Source: Neptuniibacter sp. | GTDB taxonomy: Bacteria > Pseudomonadota > Gammaproteobacteria > Pseudomonadales > Balneatricaceae | Assembly (NCBI GenBank): GCA_050633605.1 | Contig: JBOEGV010000016.1 | Location: 2,211-66,210 of the forward strand | DNA length: 64,000 nucleotides | Direction of reading: 5' to 3' | Shown here: positions 49,944-60,606 of the stretch, in pieces | Layout: each line of letters starts with the position of its first letter | How positions within the stretch are numbered: the first letter of the stretch is position 1 | Program-made: the position numbers and the translations under genes | The notes under the pieces: generated by a model | What the model saw: only the letters and a program-made list of their open reading frames with translations | Database searches by the model: none | Told to the model about the DNA's origin: nothing

Positions 49944-50837
49944 ATGGACGTTAATGCTCAAAACCTCAGCATCCTGAACACCACTGTTTCAACTGCGTTT
50001 AACAATGCGTTTGGCGGGGCTGAATCTCAATATCAGAAAGTAGCCACGGTTGTGCCTTCTTCTGGTGCCGCTAATACCTACGCTTGGCTGGGTAAGTCTG
50101 GCCAGATCCGCGAATGGTTAGGTGAACGTGTAATCAACCGTCTGAAAAAGCACGATTACACCATCAAGAACAAGAAGTACGAAAAAACCGAAGGTATTCC
50201 GGTTGATGATATTGAGGATGACAGCTACGGCGTATACATGCCCCTGTTCGAACAAATGGGTGTTAACGCTGCTGAGTTCCCAGACAAACTGACCTTTTCG
50301 GTTCTGAAGCAAGGCTTCACTGAGCTTTGTTATGACGGCCAATACTTCTTTGATACTGATCACCCAGTAGGTGAAGACGGTGCTGAAGAATCTGTATCAA
50401 ACATGCAAGCAGGGGCAGGCGAAGGCTGGTATCTGCTTTGTACTAAACGCCCTCTTAAGCCGTTGATTTGGCAGAAACGCAAGCCGTTTAATCTGATGAT
50501 GAAGTCAGACCCGAACACCTCTGATCATGTCTTTATGAATGATGAAGTGCTCTGGGGTGTAGATGGCCGTTGCAACAGCGGCTTTGGCCTTTGGCAACTA
50601 GCGTTTGGCTCCAAAGCAACGTTGGATGCCTCCAACTTTTCTGCAGCTCGTGAAGAGATGATGAAGTTCAAGAGCGATTCTGGTGAACCGTTGGGGATTG
50701 TTCCTGATCTGCTTGTTGTAGGTCCTGGCAACATGTCTGCAGCAGAGACCCTGCTGGAAGCAGTCAACAATGCTAACGGCTCAACCAACACTAACTACAA
50801 AAAAGTAGAACTGCTGGTTTGCCCTTGGCTGGCATAA
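49944..50837 (+). CDS. Major capsid protein (Mu gpT family)
   Basis: YAWLG....REWLGER, CYDGQYFFDTDHPV, KPLIWQKR, GFGLWQLAFGS. Confidence 0.95.
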   Translation: MDVNAQNLSILNTTVSTAFNNAFGGAESQYQKVATVVPSSGAANTYAWLGKSGQIREWLGERVINRLKKHDYTIKNKKYEKTEGIPVDDIEDDSYGVYMPLFEQMGVNAAEFPDKLTFSVLKQGFTELCYDGQYFFDTDHPVGEDGAEESVSNMQAGAGEGWYLLCTKRPLKPLIWQKRKPFNLMMKSDPNTSDHVFMNDEVLWGVDGRCNSGFGLWQLAFGSKATLDASNFSAAREEMMKFKSDSGEPLGIVPDLLVVGPGNMSAAETLLEAVNNANGSTNTNYKKVELLVCPWLA

Positions 50838-50899
50838 CCCGCTTATAGGGAAGCTTGAGCAAGGATGCTCACCCACTTTTTTTAAGAGAGATTTATGTC

Positions 50900-51310
50900 A
50901 TGTCTAAACACGTTATTCATGCCGCTCTTGTGGCTATTTGTTCAGCCCCTTCAGGGTATCGTCGCGGCGGCGTTGAGTTGGAGCAAGGGCCTAACCTTTT
51001 CGAAGCAGACCGGTTTTCTGAGGAGGAATTACAACAGCTACGCGATGACCCACGCCTTACCCTGGCGGAAGGTGAAGGTGAAGATGCAGAAACTGAATCA
51101 GATCCTGGTAATGAAAAAAAAGGGACCGTGGACCCAGACCGCTTGGCAGAGCTTGTGAAGCATATTGAAGGTCTGGACAAAAACGATGATTCGCTCTGGA
51201 AACAGGATAACGCTGGTCCGAAAGCCTCTGCCTTTCCTAAAGGCACTACCGCTGAAGAACGTGACGCTGCCTGGGATGCTTACGTGAAACAACTGGATGC
51301 TGCTAAGTAA
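50900..51310 (+). CDS. Mu gp35/HI1506-like protein
   Basis: GYRRGG, L..DPRL, TAEERDAAW. Confidence 0.75.
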   Translation: MSKHVIHAALVAICSAPSGYRRGGVELEQGPNLFEADRFSEEELQQLRDDPRLTLAEGEGEDAETESDPGNEKKGTVDPDRLAELVKHIEGLDKNDDSLWKQDNAGPKASAFPKGTTAEERDAAWDAYVKQLDAAK

Positions 51311-51705
51311 TGAGCTACTGCACCCGATCTGATCTTGAGAACCGTTTTGGTTCCGATGTGCTGGCTGACTTGGAGTATGGCAGGCCTAAAGCAGTGGTCG
51401 AAGCGATTGCTGATGCTGACAGTCTTATCGACAGTTACGTTGGTGCTCGTTATCCACTGCCTCTGGTGACAATTCCGTCGATTCTTGTCAGCACTGCACG
51501 GGATCTGGTGCGTTACTCCCTGGACATAGACCCATCCGAAGCGGTGAAAAGCCGCCGAACGGATGCGGTTAAGTTTTTGGAAGCCTTGGCACAAGGACGT
51601 GCCACCCTGGGTATCCCCCAGGAGGAAGAGCCAGAGAGCTTAGATACGGCAGAGATCCAGTCTGACGGTCATGTTTTCAGCCGTAAAGATAAAGGCTTTA
51701 TCTGA
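51310..51705 (+). CDS. Head-tail adaptor gp36 (DUF1320)
   Basis: MSYCT..DL..RFG, AIADA...IDSY...RY.LPL. Confidence 0.9.
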   Translation: MSYCTRSDLENRFGSDVLADLEYGRPKAVVEAIADADSLIDSYVGARYPLPLVTIPSILVSTARDLVRYSLDIDPSEAVKSRRTDAVKFLEALAQGRATLGIPQEEEPESLDTAEIQSDGHVFSRKDKGFI

Positions 51706-52142
51706 TGATTATCGCCAGCACTAAAGATCACCTTGCCGCTATTGTCGATTCCAATATCAATAAGGTCGGGCTGGCTTTAGATCTGGTAAAAGCTATTGAG
51801 AGCGCACCCAAGCGAGGCGTTGAGTGCTATGTAATTCCGGTGAGCGAAGTGCCCGGATCTAACGAGCGCTCATCAGGGCCAGCACGACAAAAGCTCAATA
51901 TCACCATTGGCGTGGTTATTGGCATTAAAGCCAGTAACGACCCCAGCGGTGAACGAAGCGCGGACGACCTGGAAGCGGTCCGTACTGTTATCAGGGACAA
52001 CCTTTTTGGATGGACTCCAGAAGGTGCCAAAACTCATTTCCTGCTAGGGAAAAGCAGCCTGGTGAAAATGGTACCGGGTGGGGTTTGGTGGCTGGACCAA
52101 TTCACAACCACAACACAACGAACAGGTACACAACATGGATAA
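51705..52142 (+). CDS. Tail terminator/completion protein (gp37-like)
   Basis: YVIP, L.GWTP, WW.DQF; position. Confidence 0.75.
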   Translation: MIIASTKDHLAAIVDSNINKVGLALDLVKAIESAPKRGVECYVIPVSEVPGSNERSSGPARQKLNITIGVVIGIKASNDPSGERSADDLEAVRTVIRDNLFGWTPEGAKTHFLLGKSSLVKMVPGGVWWLDQFTTTTQRTGTQHG

Positions 52143-53286
52143 CAATACTCGCGTAGTACTGGTCCGCAAACTGGACCCAGATGGCACACCGAACGGTAGC
52201 TACCAGGTAATTGAAACTCTGGCAGGCATGACCATGAAGCCAAATGGTGATGTTAAAGAGCGCAATACCGTTAATGCCTCGATGTCTGACCGTGGCGCCA
52301 AAGTTGGCGCTAAAAACTGGGATATCAATTTACCTGTAGAGCTTAAAGGTGCCGGTGTGACTGGCAATACAGTCAACACACCTGAACTGAATAATATCTT
52401 TCAAGCTTGCGGCATGATTTTGGATGCTGCTGCGATGATTACCGTCTCTGGTGCATCTGGAGACTTTACACCTGGGGAACCACTCACAAACACAACCGCT
52501 GGTAATGCCATTGGTGATCTTGCTCATTCTGTTGATGTGGGTTCTAACAAAGTACTCTGGGTTTATAACCTGCAAAATATGCCTGCAGATACCGATGCCA
52601 TTGTAGGTGATACCAGCACCGAAACCGCTGCTGTTTCTGGTACACCAGAGGATGCGCTTTGCTATCGCCTGGTGTCCGATCGTGATCAGCATTCTATGTG
52701 TGAGATCCATACCCACTTTGATGGTATTCGCCGTGTTGCAGACCGTGCTCGTGGCACCTTTAACTTTGAGTTTAAAGCCGGTGAGATCTCTTCTCTTCAG
52801 TTCAGTATGAAAGGCCTTTACGCCGAACCAACCGATGAGAACCTTCCAAGCGCCACATATTCAGAGGTAGAGCCGCCGTTTGCAGAAAATGCAGGGTTGA
52901 CCATTGAAGGCTATCCAACGGCAGACAACACCATTGATAAGTTTAACTTCTCTCTGGGCCAGTCTGTGGTCGCTGTATCGGATATCAATAGCCCGAATGG
53001 TCGTCATTCATATCGTATTGCTGGCAAGCGAAAGCCTAATGGCAGTATCGACCCTGAAGTAATCGCACTGTCAGAGTTTAACCCGTTCGACCTGTGGACC
53101 AACGGCACCCGCGCACCTATTCACGGAACACTTGGCACTGCACCAGGTGAACGTATCTCTGTGGTGGTGACCCAAGCGCAATTTACCGCAATCTCTGACA
53201 AAGAGCGTGCTGGTAACGATGTTTATGACCTGAGCTACCGCGCCACAGGCGATAACGACAACGAATTCTATATGTTCTTCCATTAA
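52135..53286 (+). CDS. Major tail tube protein (siphovirus-like)
   Basis: VELKGAG, ACG, ARGTF.F, F..KGLY; position before chaperone and tape measure. Confidence 0.7.
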   Translation: MDNNTRVVLVRKLDPDGTPNGSYQVIETLAGMTMKPNGDVKERNTVNASMSDRGAKVGAKNWDINLPVELKGAGVTGNTVNTPELNNIFQACGMILDAAAMITVSGASGDFTPGEPLTNTTAGNAIGDLAHSVDVGSNKVLWVYNLQNMPADTDAIVGDTSTETAAVSGTPEDALCYRLVSDRDQHSMCEIHTHFDGIRRVADRARGTFNFEFKAGEISSLQFSMKGLYAEPTDENLPSATYSEVEPPFAENAGLTIEGYPTADNTIDKFNFSLGQSVVAVSDINSPNGRHSYRIAGKRKPNGSIDPEVIALSEFNPFDLWTNGTRAPIHGTLGTAPGERISVVVTQAQFTAISDKERAGNDVYDLSYRATGDNDNEFYMFFH

Positions 53287-53306
53287 TCCACCGGAGTAGA
53301 TAAACC

Positions 53307-53633
53307 ATGTTGAAGCTAAACACTGAGCGAAGCTTTAAAGCCCCTGTCACCGTTCGTTTCATGGATGAAGACGGTACTAGTCAGAAAGGCACCTTCAACG
53401 CCAAGTTTAAGGTTGTGTCCACTGACACGCTTCAGGAGGAAGAAAACGCTGATAAACGTTTGTTGGATCTGGTTCTTCTTGAGGTTAACAACATCGAGTT
53501 GGCCGATGCTAGCGGGAACCCACTTGAAGGCGAAGCCCTTCTGGAAGCCTGTAAAAGTGATCCGTCTATCAGTACCGCACTGGTCGCAACTTACGGTGAG
53601 CAAACGGCAAAAAAGAACCTGAAGCGAACCTAG
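53307..53633 (+). CDS. Tail assembly chaperone (G-like)
   Basis: GGAG RBS; ends with slippery A AAA AAG. Confidence 0.8.
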   Translation: MLKLNTERSFKAPVTVRFMDEDGTSQKGTFNAKFKVVSTDTLQEEENADKRLLDLVLLEVNNIELADASGNPLEGEALLEACKSDPSISTALVATYGEQTAKKNLKRT

Positions 53634-53989
53634 TAGCGATCGCTGAGCATTGGGTAAAGCTCACTCGCTCAGATGGTGGTACTAAAGCTGAAGAAGATAT
53701 TAACAACCTGGTTGACCCTGACACTGCAACCCTCTTCAAAGCAGCTAAAGCAAAGAAGCCCCAGCAAGAGGATATTTGCTGGGTTTTACCAGAAAACTGG
53801 ACCGCTGTTTCTCTGTTCCTGGAGTGTAGTGATCAATGGCACACAAGCCCCGACGGTAAGTTCATCGGGATTAGAAGCGAAGCTGCAAAAATCGAGATCG
53901 AATATTGTGGCTTTGACACTTTTAAGCCTGAAGACTGGAAGCGGTTTAGACGACTAAGCCGTTACGTTGCAAAAGAGTTGAACGCATGA
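53609..53989 (+). CDS. -1 frameshift extension of tail chaperone (GT-like, DUF1799-like)
   Basis: Open -1 frame with no ATG start (VLPENW...F....QW), ending in ATGA overlap with tape measure. Confidence 0.8.
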   Translation, partial: KKEPEANLVAIAEHWVKLTRSDGGTKAEEDINNLVDPDTATLFKAAKAKKPQQEDICWVLPENWTAVSLFLECSDQWHTSPDGKFIGIRSEAAKIEIEYCGFDTFKPEDWKRFRRLSRYVAKELNA

Positions 53990-56900
53990 GTGATCTGGAA
54001 CTTAAACTTGTACTTAAAGCTTCGGACGAAGGTCTGACTGGAGCCGTTCAGCAAGTTGCTAAAGAAACGGAAAAACTAGATGCGTCCCTCGACTCATCAG
54101 CAAAATCAACTGGCTATTTCAGCGATAAACTTTCTGAAACCGATCGTGCAGCTGGTCGAACTTATGATCAGATGGGGCGGCTCAGAGAAACTAATGGTCG
54201 ATTTGTTTCAGGTGCAAAAAAAGCAACTGAGCAGACCGATAAGCTTAATGAAAAGCTGAATAAAACAGCCAAACGCTCCAAAAAAGCGGCCAAAGAAAAC
54301 CGCTCTTTTAATGACACGCTCGGCAAAGGCATCGTTAAAGCCGGTGCCTGGGCGGCTGCTTTTACTGCAGCGGTTGCCGTGGGTTCATCTTTTGCAGCCA
54401 CCCTGAATACCGAAGCAATTCGCGAAACTCAGGTGTTAGCCCAGACGCTAGACCTCAGTACCCAGTCCCTTTCTGAATGGGAATATGCTGCTGCTCAGGT
54501 AAACGTCTCTGGCGCAAAAGTGGGTGATATTTTCAAAGATGTATCCGACAAAATCGGTGACTTCATCACAACGGGTGGTGGCGAAGCAGCAGACCTCTTT
54601 GAAAATCTCAACCTACAGGTTAAAGACCTGGTCAACCTTTCCCCTGACCAGCAACTGTTGGCCATTGGTGATGCTCTCGATGATGTGGGCAACCGTGGCC
54701 AGCAGGTTTTTTTCTTAGAATCCCTGGCTGATGATGCCAGCCGTTTACTTCCCCTACTAGAAAATGATGCTGAACAACTCAAACGTCTGCAGCTTGAAGC
54801 TCAGGTGCTTGGTGTTTCTATAAACGACATCGACGCATCCAAAGTAGCGCAAGCTGCTCAAGCTTTCGATCGTGTCAAAGGTTTAAGTAAAGGGTTGGCC
54901 AATGATCTAACGATCGAATTAGCTCCGATCCTGGGCGGTATAGCTGACTACTGGGTTGATGCTTCAATCGCGGCAGGTGGCTATCGTGGAACAATAAAGT
55001 CGGTAATCGATTACTCAGTATCAGGTGTCGGCTTTGTCCTGGACTACCTGCAACAATTACGCATAGTTTTAAAGTACTCCGAAAAAGGCTGGATGATGAT
55101 CGGTGAAGCGGCCACAGGTGCAATGGCATCGGTCGCAGATTCGACGGCACGGGTGATCAATACCGTGATGTACCCCTTCCAGAAATCAATTGCTTGGGTC
55201 ATAGAAAAGTACAGCTATCTACTTCAGCTGGGTTCAGAATTCGGTGGTCCATTTGCAGATGAATTCGCTACAGCAGCTCAAGGGCTGAAAGGTTTCTCAG
55301 CTGAGTTGGATCAGTTTAGCGTCAGCGCCGACGATATCATCCAATTGCACACAAACATGAGTGCATCAGTTGCTGCGACTAATAACGAACTCAAAGCGTT
55401 AATCGCAGCCGATGCCCCAAGCGAAGTACTCAAAACTAAGGTTGAAGAGCTTCGGATTAAATCTGAAGAGTTAGCAGTTGCTCAACAAAAACTAGGGGAT
55501 ACCAGTAAAACACAAACCGAAATTGTATCGAATCAGAAAGACGAGAATACAGAGCTTGTTAAAACGTTAGAACAAGAACTTGAGCTTTTAGGTCTAACGG
55601 AGCGCGAACGTAAAATTGAAATTGGCCTACGTAAGCTTTCAGAGGATGCAACTGAAGCTCAGCGTAAAGAAATTGCTCGTTTGACAGGCAGCATTTACGA
55701 CTATAACCAATCATTGAAAGAGTCCGAAGCACAGGCTAAACCCTGGGCAGATGCATGGGAAGCATCGACAGAGCGTTTAGATACTGTATTTGCTGATGCT
55801 TGGACCGGTGCGTTTGATGGCTTTGATAGCTTTACAGACTCCCTGCTGGATGCGTTTAAACAAACCCTTGCTGAAATGGCACACCTAGCTTTCACTAAGA
55901 AGTTTGTTCTGAATATAACTACGGCCATTGGCGATGCTATTGGTATTCAAGGTGTCTCCTCTCCTGGAGGGACTGGAAATAGTCTTGGTAGTTTAACTGA
56001 TATTTTTAACCCTTCTGCAGGTACGATTACTAGCTCGATCAATAATGCAGCGTCCAGTCTAGGTTATGGATATGGCGCAGATGGAATGGGGCCTCCCACT
56101 GCATTAATAAATCCAAATAGCACATTTGCAACGGGTCTAAACTCAATTGCACCGGGTCTTTCAGCCTATGGTTTTGCACAACAATATGGCGCTGTAGGCG
56201 GCATCGTTGGTGGTGCAGGTTCGGCTGCGATTGCCGGTGGTATAGGAGGTTTGGCATCGGGTGCGGGCTTTATGTCCGGCGCTACCGGAGCCTTGGCCGG
56301 GCTGGGACCTGCTGGCTGGGCTGCAATTGGGGTCGGTACCCTACTTGGTCTGAGCGGAGGCGGCGAAACTCGTCATGGCCAGGAATACGGTTACGACACA
56401 ACAAATGGCGTTCGTATAGTGGATACCCCTTCTGGCGGGGCAATCGCAGACGAAGCTATGAGTGCTGCAGTAACTGCCACCATTGATGGCATTAACAGCG
56501 CTTTGCAGACATTTGGGTCCACTCTGACTGTATCAACCTTTGGCGCTGAGCTGGAAACATCTGAAAAAGGTCGTGGTGGTGTGTATTCTGGCGGCCACCT
56601 GTCATCTGGTACAGCCTTTGGTGAGATTGGACAAACCTTTGAAGCGGGTAGCCCGTATAAGATTGATGGTGAAAAAGCAGTAGAGCTGTTTATGCTGGAT
56701 CTACAGCAAGTAACCCTGCAGGCACTTCAAGCGTCTGAAATCCCCGGCTACGTTGGTGAGTTCCTGGAAGAACTAGGCGATATTGAAGAGCTGGAGGGAA
56801 ATCAACTCTCAGCGGTTCTCAATCATGTGAACACACTTACATCTATCACCGAGATTTTAGAGTCCAGCGCCCCGCTAACAGCTTTGCTGCCTGATACTCT

Positions 56901-58410
56901 TGACCAGGTTGTTGTATATCTTGAACGTTTCCAGATTAATGGTGAAGCATTGGGTGATACCCTCTCTCGCTTCGCAACACAGTACGATTACTTTTTTACC
57001 AACTTCTTTAGTGAGCAAGAACAAGCTGCTGTTCAGGTAGAGCACTACACCGCAATTGTTGAGCGGTTTAATGTCGAATTTGGTGCGGCCATTCAGTCTA
57101 AAGATGATCTACGCAATTTTGTAACTGCCTTGGACCTGACAGGCGAAGCGGGTCAGCGCGCCTATCAAGCGGCTATGAATTTAGCCCCTGCATTGGTCAA
57201 TCTGGAACAATCTTTAAGCATTACCGGCACAGGCTACGCCGCAAATTTAACGGCGGGAGAACAAGGCTGGATTACCGAACGTTCACAGCAAATAGCAGAT
57301 AACTATCAGGATGAACTAACTTCAATTAATGAAGTCTATACAGCGCGCAAACAGCAGCTGCAAGCTGAGCTAAATGCAGCGCGTCAGATACACCAGGCAG
57401 TAATGAATATCCGACTTTCTGACATCTCTCCACTGACACCAGCACAGCGCGTCAGTGCAGCCCGTGATGAGTTAGCGCGTCTACAGGTGCTTATAGAGGA
57501 CGGCAATTTAGATGCTGCTGCCAAAGTGGGCAGCGCAGCACAAAGCTACCTTTCTGAACTCGCTTCTACTCAAGGGGCATCGCCCCTATACACTGCTGAA
57601 TTCGACAGTGTTGTTAATTACCTAGAAGAGTTAGGGCTGAGCCTGGGTTCTGAGCTAGATCCGTTAGAAGCAATTCAAGATCTTGAAAAGGAGCAGCTGA
57701 AAGCACAGCAGAAATTGGCTGACTATAGCCGTCGCCAGCTGGACTTACTAGCTAAGCAATATTCAGAACTGGTCGGACTTTCATCTGAAAATGAAATGGT
57801 CGCATTGGTTGAACTGTTAACCTTTCTTCCTGAAAACATCTCTGCAGCATTGAAAGGCTTAATACCCGGATATTCTGAACCTAGCACCGGCAGTACTGAA
57901 CCAGTCGATTATGACTTTGTTAGCCAGCTATATAACCAAGGGCTAAACCGAGAAGCAGACAGTGAAGGTTTTTCATATTGGATGGACCGTGTAGCAGCTG
58001 GAGAAGATAAAAACACACTGAAAGATGAGTTCTTTTCAGCAGCTGAATATAACGGTGAAAATGTCTCTTATTTTGCATCCGGTGGTGTTGTATCGCGACC
58101 ACAATCCTTTGCTTTTGATAGCGAGATATCTGGACAAATTGGGCAACGTGGAGAAGCCGGTGCAGAAGCAATTATTCCAGTGGGTTCCGGTTTTATTCCT
58201 GCCAAATTTGATAACAGTTTGATCAATGAATTGCAGGCGCTCAGAAAGCAAAACGCCAGCCAGGCACAGCAGCTGGAAAAATTAAACCGAAACGTGCAGC
58301 AGTTGGCCTCTATTACCGACAAACATGGATCAACTGCTCAGAAGCAACGCAATGATCTAAAAAAACGAGTAACACGCTCTAATCGTAATCCAGTGGAGGT
58401 GAATGCATGA
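53986..58410 (+). CDS. Tail tape measure protein
   Basis: 1474-aa Ala-rich helical protein after chaperones; C-terminal FASGG and GEAGAEAIIP motifs. Confidence 0.9.
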   Translation: MSDLELKLVLKASDEGLTGAVQQVAKETEKLDASLDSSAKSTGYFSDKLSETDRAAGRTYDQMGRLRETNGRFVSGAKKATEQTDKLNEKLNKTAKRSKKAAKENRSFNDTLGKGIVKAGAWAAAFTAAVAVGSSFAATLNTEAIRETQVLAQTLDLSTQSLSEWEYAAAQVNVSGAKVGDIFKDVSDKIGDFITTGGGEAADLFENLNLQVKDLVNLSPDQQLLAIGDALDDVGNRGQQVFFLESLADDASRLLPLLENDAEQLKRLQLEAQVLGVSINDIDASKVAQAAQAFDRVKGLSKGLANDLTIELAPILGGIADYWVDASIAAGGYRGTIKSVIDYSVSGVGFVLDYLQQLRIVLKYSEKGWMMIGEAATGAMASVADSTARVINTVMYPFQKSIAWVIEKYSYLLQLGSEFGGPFADEFATAAQGLKGFSAELDQFSVSADDIIQLHTNMSASVAATNNELKALIAADAPSEVLKTKVEELRIKSEELAVAQQKLGDTSKTQTEIVSNQKDENTELVKTLEQELELLGLTERERKIEIGLRKLSEDATEAQRKEIARLTGSIYDYNQSLKESEAQAKPWADAWEASTERLDTVFADAWTGAFDGFDSFTDSLLDAFKQTLAEMAHLAFTKKFVLNITTAIGDAIGIQGVSSPGGTGNSLGSLTDIFNPSAGTITSSINNAASSLGYGYGADGMGPPTALINPNSTFATGLNSIAPGLSAYGFAQQYGAVGGIVGGAGSAAIAGGIGGLASGAGFMSGATGALAGLGPAGWAAIGVGTLLGLSGGGETRHGQEYGYDTTNGVRIVDTPSGGAIADEAMSAAVTATIDGINSALQTFGSTLTVSTFGAELETSEKGRGGVYSGGHLSSGTAFGEIGQTFEAGSPYKIDGEKAVELFMLDLQQVTLQALQASEIPGYVGEFLEELGDIEELEGNQLSAVLNHVNTLTSITEILESSAPLTALLPDTLDQVVVYLERFQINGEALGDTLSRFATQYDYFFTNFFSEQEQAAVQVEHYTAIVERFNVEFGAAIQSKDDLRNFVTALDLTGEAGQRAYQAAMNLAPALVNLEQSLSITGTGYAANLTAGEQGWITERSQQIADNYQDELTSINEVYTARKQQLQAELNAARQIHQAVMNIRLSDISPLTPAQRVSAARDELARLQVLIEDGNLDAAAKVGSAAQSYLSELASTQGASPLYTAEFDSVVNYLEELGLSLGSELDPLEAIQDLEKEQLKAQQKLADYSRRQLDLLAKQYSELVGLSSENEMVALVELLTFLPENISAALKGLIPGYSEPSTGSTEPVDYDFVSQLYNQGLNREADSEGFSYWMDRVAAGEDKNTLKDEFFSAAEYNGENVSYFASGGVVSRPQSFAFDSEISGQIGQRGEAGAEAIIPVGSGFIPAKFDNSLINELQALRKQNASQAQQLEKLNRNVQQLASITDKHGSTAQKQRNDLKKRVTRSNRNPVEVNA

Positions 58411-59795
58411 CCACTGAAGAGTTTAACGCCTGGTTAACAACACCAAGTGTTGTACGCGTTCTGTTGTTAGAGCTGGAGCACTCAACAGGTACGGAATATG
58501 TCTCAAACTATGGTTATATCGGCGAGCCGGTAACCAGAGATAATCAACACCGGCAGTATGAACCGGTACTCGCAGAAGCAATTGAAATCTCTGATCGTTT
58601 GGATGGTGAGTTCAGCGTTGGTGATCTGACTTTGGTTAATGATGGTCTACTGGATACCTGGCGCACGCTGAAATGGCAGGGATATTCAGTTAAAGGTTAC
58701 TTAGGTGCTTCGGACTGGTCACGTGAAGATTTTCAACAGGTTTTACTGTCTACAAATGCCGGAATAGTCCGCGCAGAAGATGGCGAGATCGTCTTTGGAA
58801 TTCAGGATGCCCGTGCCCAGTTAGATGCCCCGCTTATTACAGAGACAGTAAATGGAGCTGGCGCACCTGTAGTCTTTGGTCAGGTGTTTAATATTTCCCC
58901 TGTTCTGGAAGATGCTGCCACTCTGCTCTATAAGGTGTCAGCTTTTTCCTTAACCAGTCTGGATGCTGCAGACAGAGGTAATCCGGCCTTTGCTGAAACA
59001 ATTGATTTGGCCAATGGTGAATTCACCGCCACCGCTTCACCGGTAGGTGCTGTAACAGCTAATGCAACAGGTGAAAGCACTACAGCTGCAGGAATCGCTT
59101 CAGAGATAGCCGCGCTATATGGGCTGAGCACAGACAGTGATAGTTTGAACACGTTGCCTACCTGGACCATCGGTTTGTTCTACAGCGATGGTACCAGCAC
59201 AACCGGTGCTGATGTTTTAGATGATATTTGTGCATCCATCGGTGGTTATTGGCGTATTGATAACCTGAACCGCCTGCAGGTATTTGTCTTATCTCTTCCA
59301 GCTTTAGGAAGTTTGACTCTTTTAGCAGATGATATTGAACGTGGAACGTTGGAACTTACCTCTGTTCAACCTCCTCTATCTCAAATTAGTGTGCGTTACT
59401 CACGCAACTTTACACCGATGCAGCCCGCCGATCTGGCCAGTGAAATAACCCTGGGGACCACTATTTATCAATCACTCCAAGAAGAGTGGAAAGCAGAAAC
59501 GCTTAACCCGACGTTGACTGGCTATGCAGTTGCCCCAAAAAAACAATTTGATACCGCTTTGGTTAACCAGGTAGATGCATTAATGCGTGCCCAGAACATT
59601 GAAGCGATTCGTGTTAAAGAGCGGAATGTTTGGGAGTTCACAGCGTTTGCACCAGGCCTGCAAATTCAAGCTGGCGATACTGTTTTTTTACAACACGACA
59701 ATTGGCCAGAATTCAGTGCAGGCCGCTGGGTTAAGGTGTTGGTAAACGTTCGCAACCTGACTGGAGAAAACTGTGAATTGGAGGTCTGGTTCTGA
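58407..59795 (+). CDS. Tail tip/hub protein
   Basis: PVVFGQVFNISPVL motif; position after tape measure. Confidence 0.65.
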   Translation: MTTEEFNAWLTTPSVVRVLLLELEHSTGTEYVSNYGYIGEPVTRDNQHRQYEPVLAEAIEISDRLDGEFSVGDLTLVNDGLLDTWRTLKWQGYSVKGYLGASDWSREDFQQVLLSTNAGIVRAEDGEIVFGIQDARAQLDAPLITETVNGAGAPVVFGQVFNISPVLEDAATLLYKVSAFSLTSLDAADRGNPAFAETIDLANGEFTATASPVGAVTANATGESTTAAGIASEIAALYGLSTDSDSLNTLPTWTIGLFYSDGTSTTGADVLDDICASIGGYWRIDNLNRLQVFVLSLPALGSLTLLADDIERGTLELTSVQPPLSQISVRYSRNFTPMQPADLASEITLGTTIYQSLQEEWKAETLNPTLTGYAVAPKKQFDTALVNQVDALMRAQNIEAIRVKERNVWEFTAFAPGLQIQAGDTVFLQHDNWPEFSAGRWVKVLVNVRNLTGENCELEVWF

Positions 59796-60604
59796 TGGAA
59801 AACGTTCGTCTTATCGTTAGAAATATATTTGATGAAGCAGGTCTAGCGGTTACGGACCAGGTAACCCCTATTGAGTCTCTACAACAAAGCCGCCGAACTA
59901 AATGGCGATCAGCCACCAATTCAACACAAATCATTACAGGCACATTAAGCGACTATGCCTTTTCTGATGGCATTGCGATCGCACATCACAATCTTTTAGC
60001 CGGTGCTCAGTGGAAGCTAATTTTAAAAGAAGATGGTGTCGTCCAATACGACTCAGACTGGCTTGATACTGTCCTTTACATTCCAGCAGCTAATTTCCTA
60101 CCTGGTATTACTCCTTGGATGGCCAGTTATAACGAAAAGTTGCCCGTTCAAATGATGGTGCATTGGTTTGATATCACCCTATGCAATGAGTTTGAGATTC
60201 ACCTAAAACCCGAAGCTACTGAAACCTATGTAGAGGTTGGCCGCATTTTCCTGGGGCAGGCCATCAGTCCAGAATTCAATATGGATTTTGGCTGCAACCT
60301 AACCTACTTGGAGAAAGGTGAACACCGAGAATCAGACGCACAAGGGTTGTGGACTATAGGTAAAGGTGTTCGTCGCCAGTTTGAAATGGATTTTAACCTA
60401 TTGGACTCAAATGAACGTAGCAACCTCTCACTTGAATTAGTCAGTAAGGGGATACAGCAAGACATTCTGATTAGCGGCTATCCCGAACGCGGTGATGTTC
60501 TAGAGCTTGAACATACACTAATCGGTAAACGTCGCGATTATTTCAGTAGCCCTCATGTCGACTATGACGAGTGGCAGACTAAATTAGCCTTTCTGGAGAC
60601 TTGA
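59795..60604 (+). CDS. Tail protein (distal tail-like)
   Basis: HHNL, YVEVGRIFLG....P..N..FG. Confidence 0.65.
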   Translation: MENVRLIVRNIFDEAGLAVTDQVTPIESLQQSRRTKWRSATNSTQIITGTLSDYAFSDGIAIAHHNLLAGAQWKLILKEDGVVQYDSDWLDTVLYIPAANFLPGITPWMASYNEKLPVQMMVHWFDITLCNEFEIHLKPEATETYVEVGRIFLGQAISPEFNMDFGCNLTYLEKGEHRESDAQGLWTIGKGVRRQFEMDFNLLDSNERSNLSLELVSKGIQQDILISGYPERGDVLELEHTLIGKRRDYFSSPHVDYDEWQTKLAFLET

Positions 60605-60606
60605 TC

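Noticed and set aside
53673-53957. 94-aa ORF-track call before the tape measure
   Set aside because: Wrong frame; the -1 frame gives the chaperone-like sequence and couples to the tape measure
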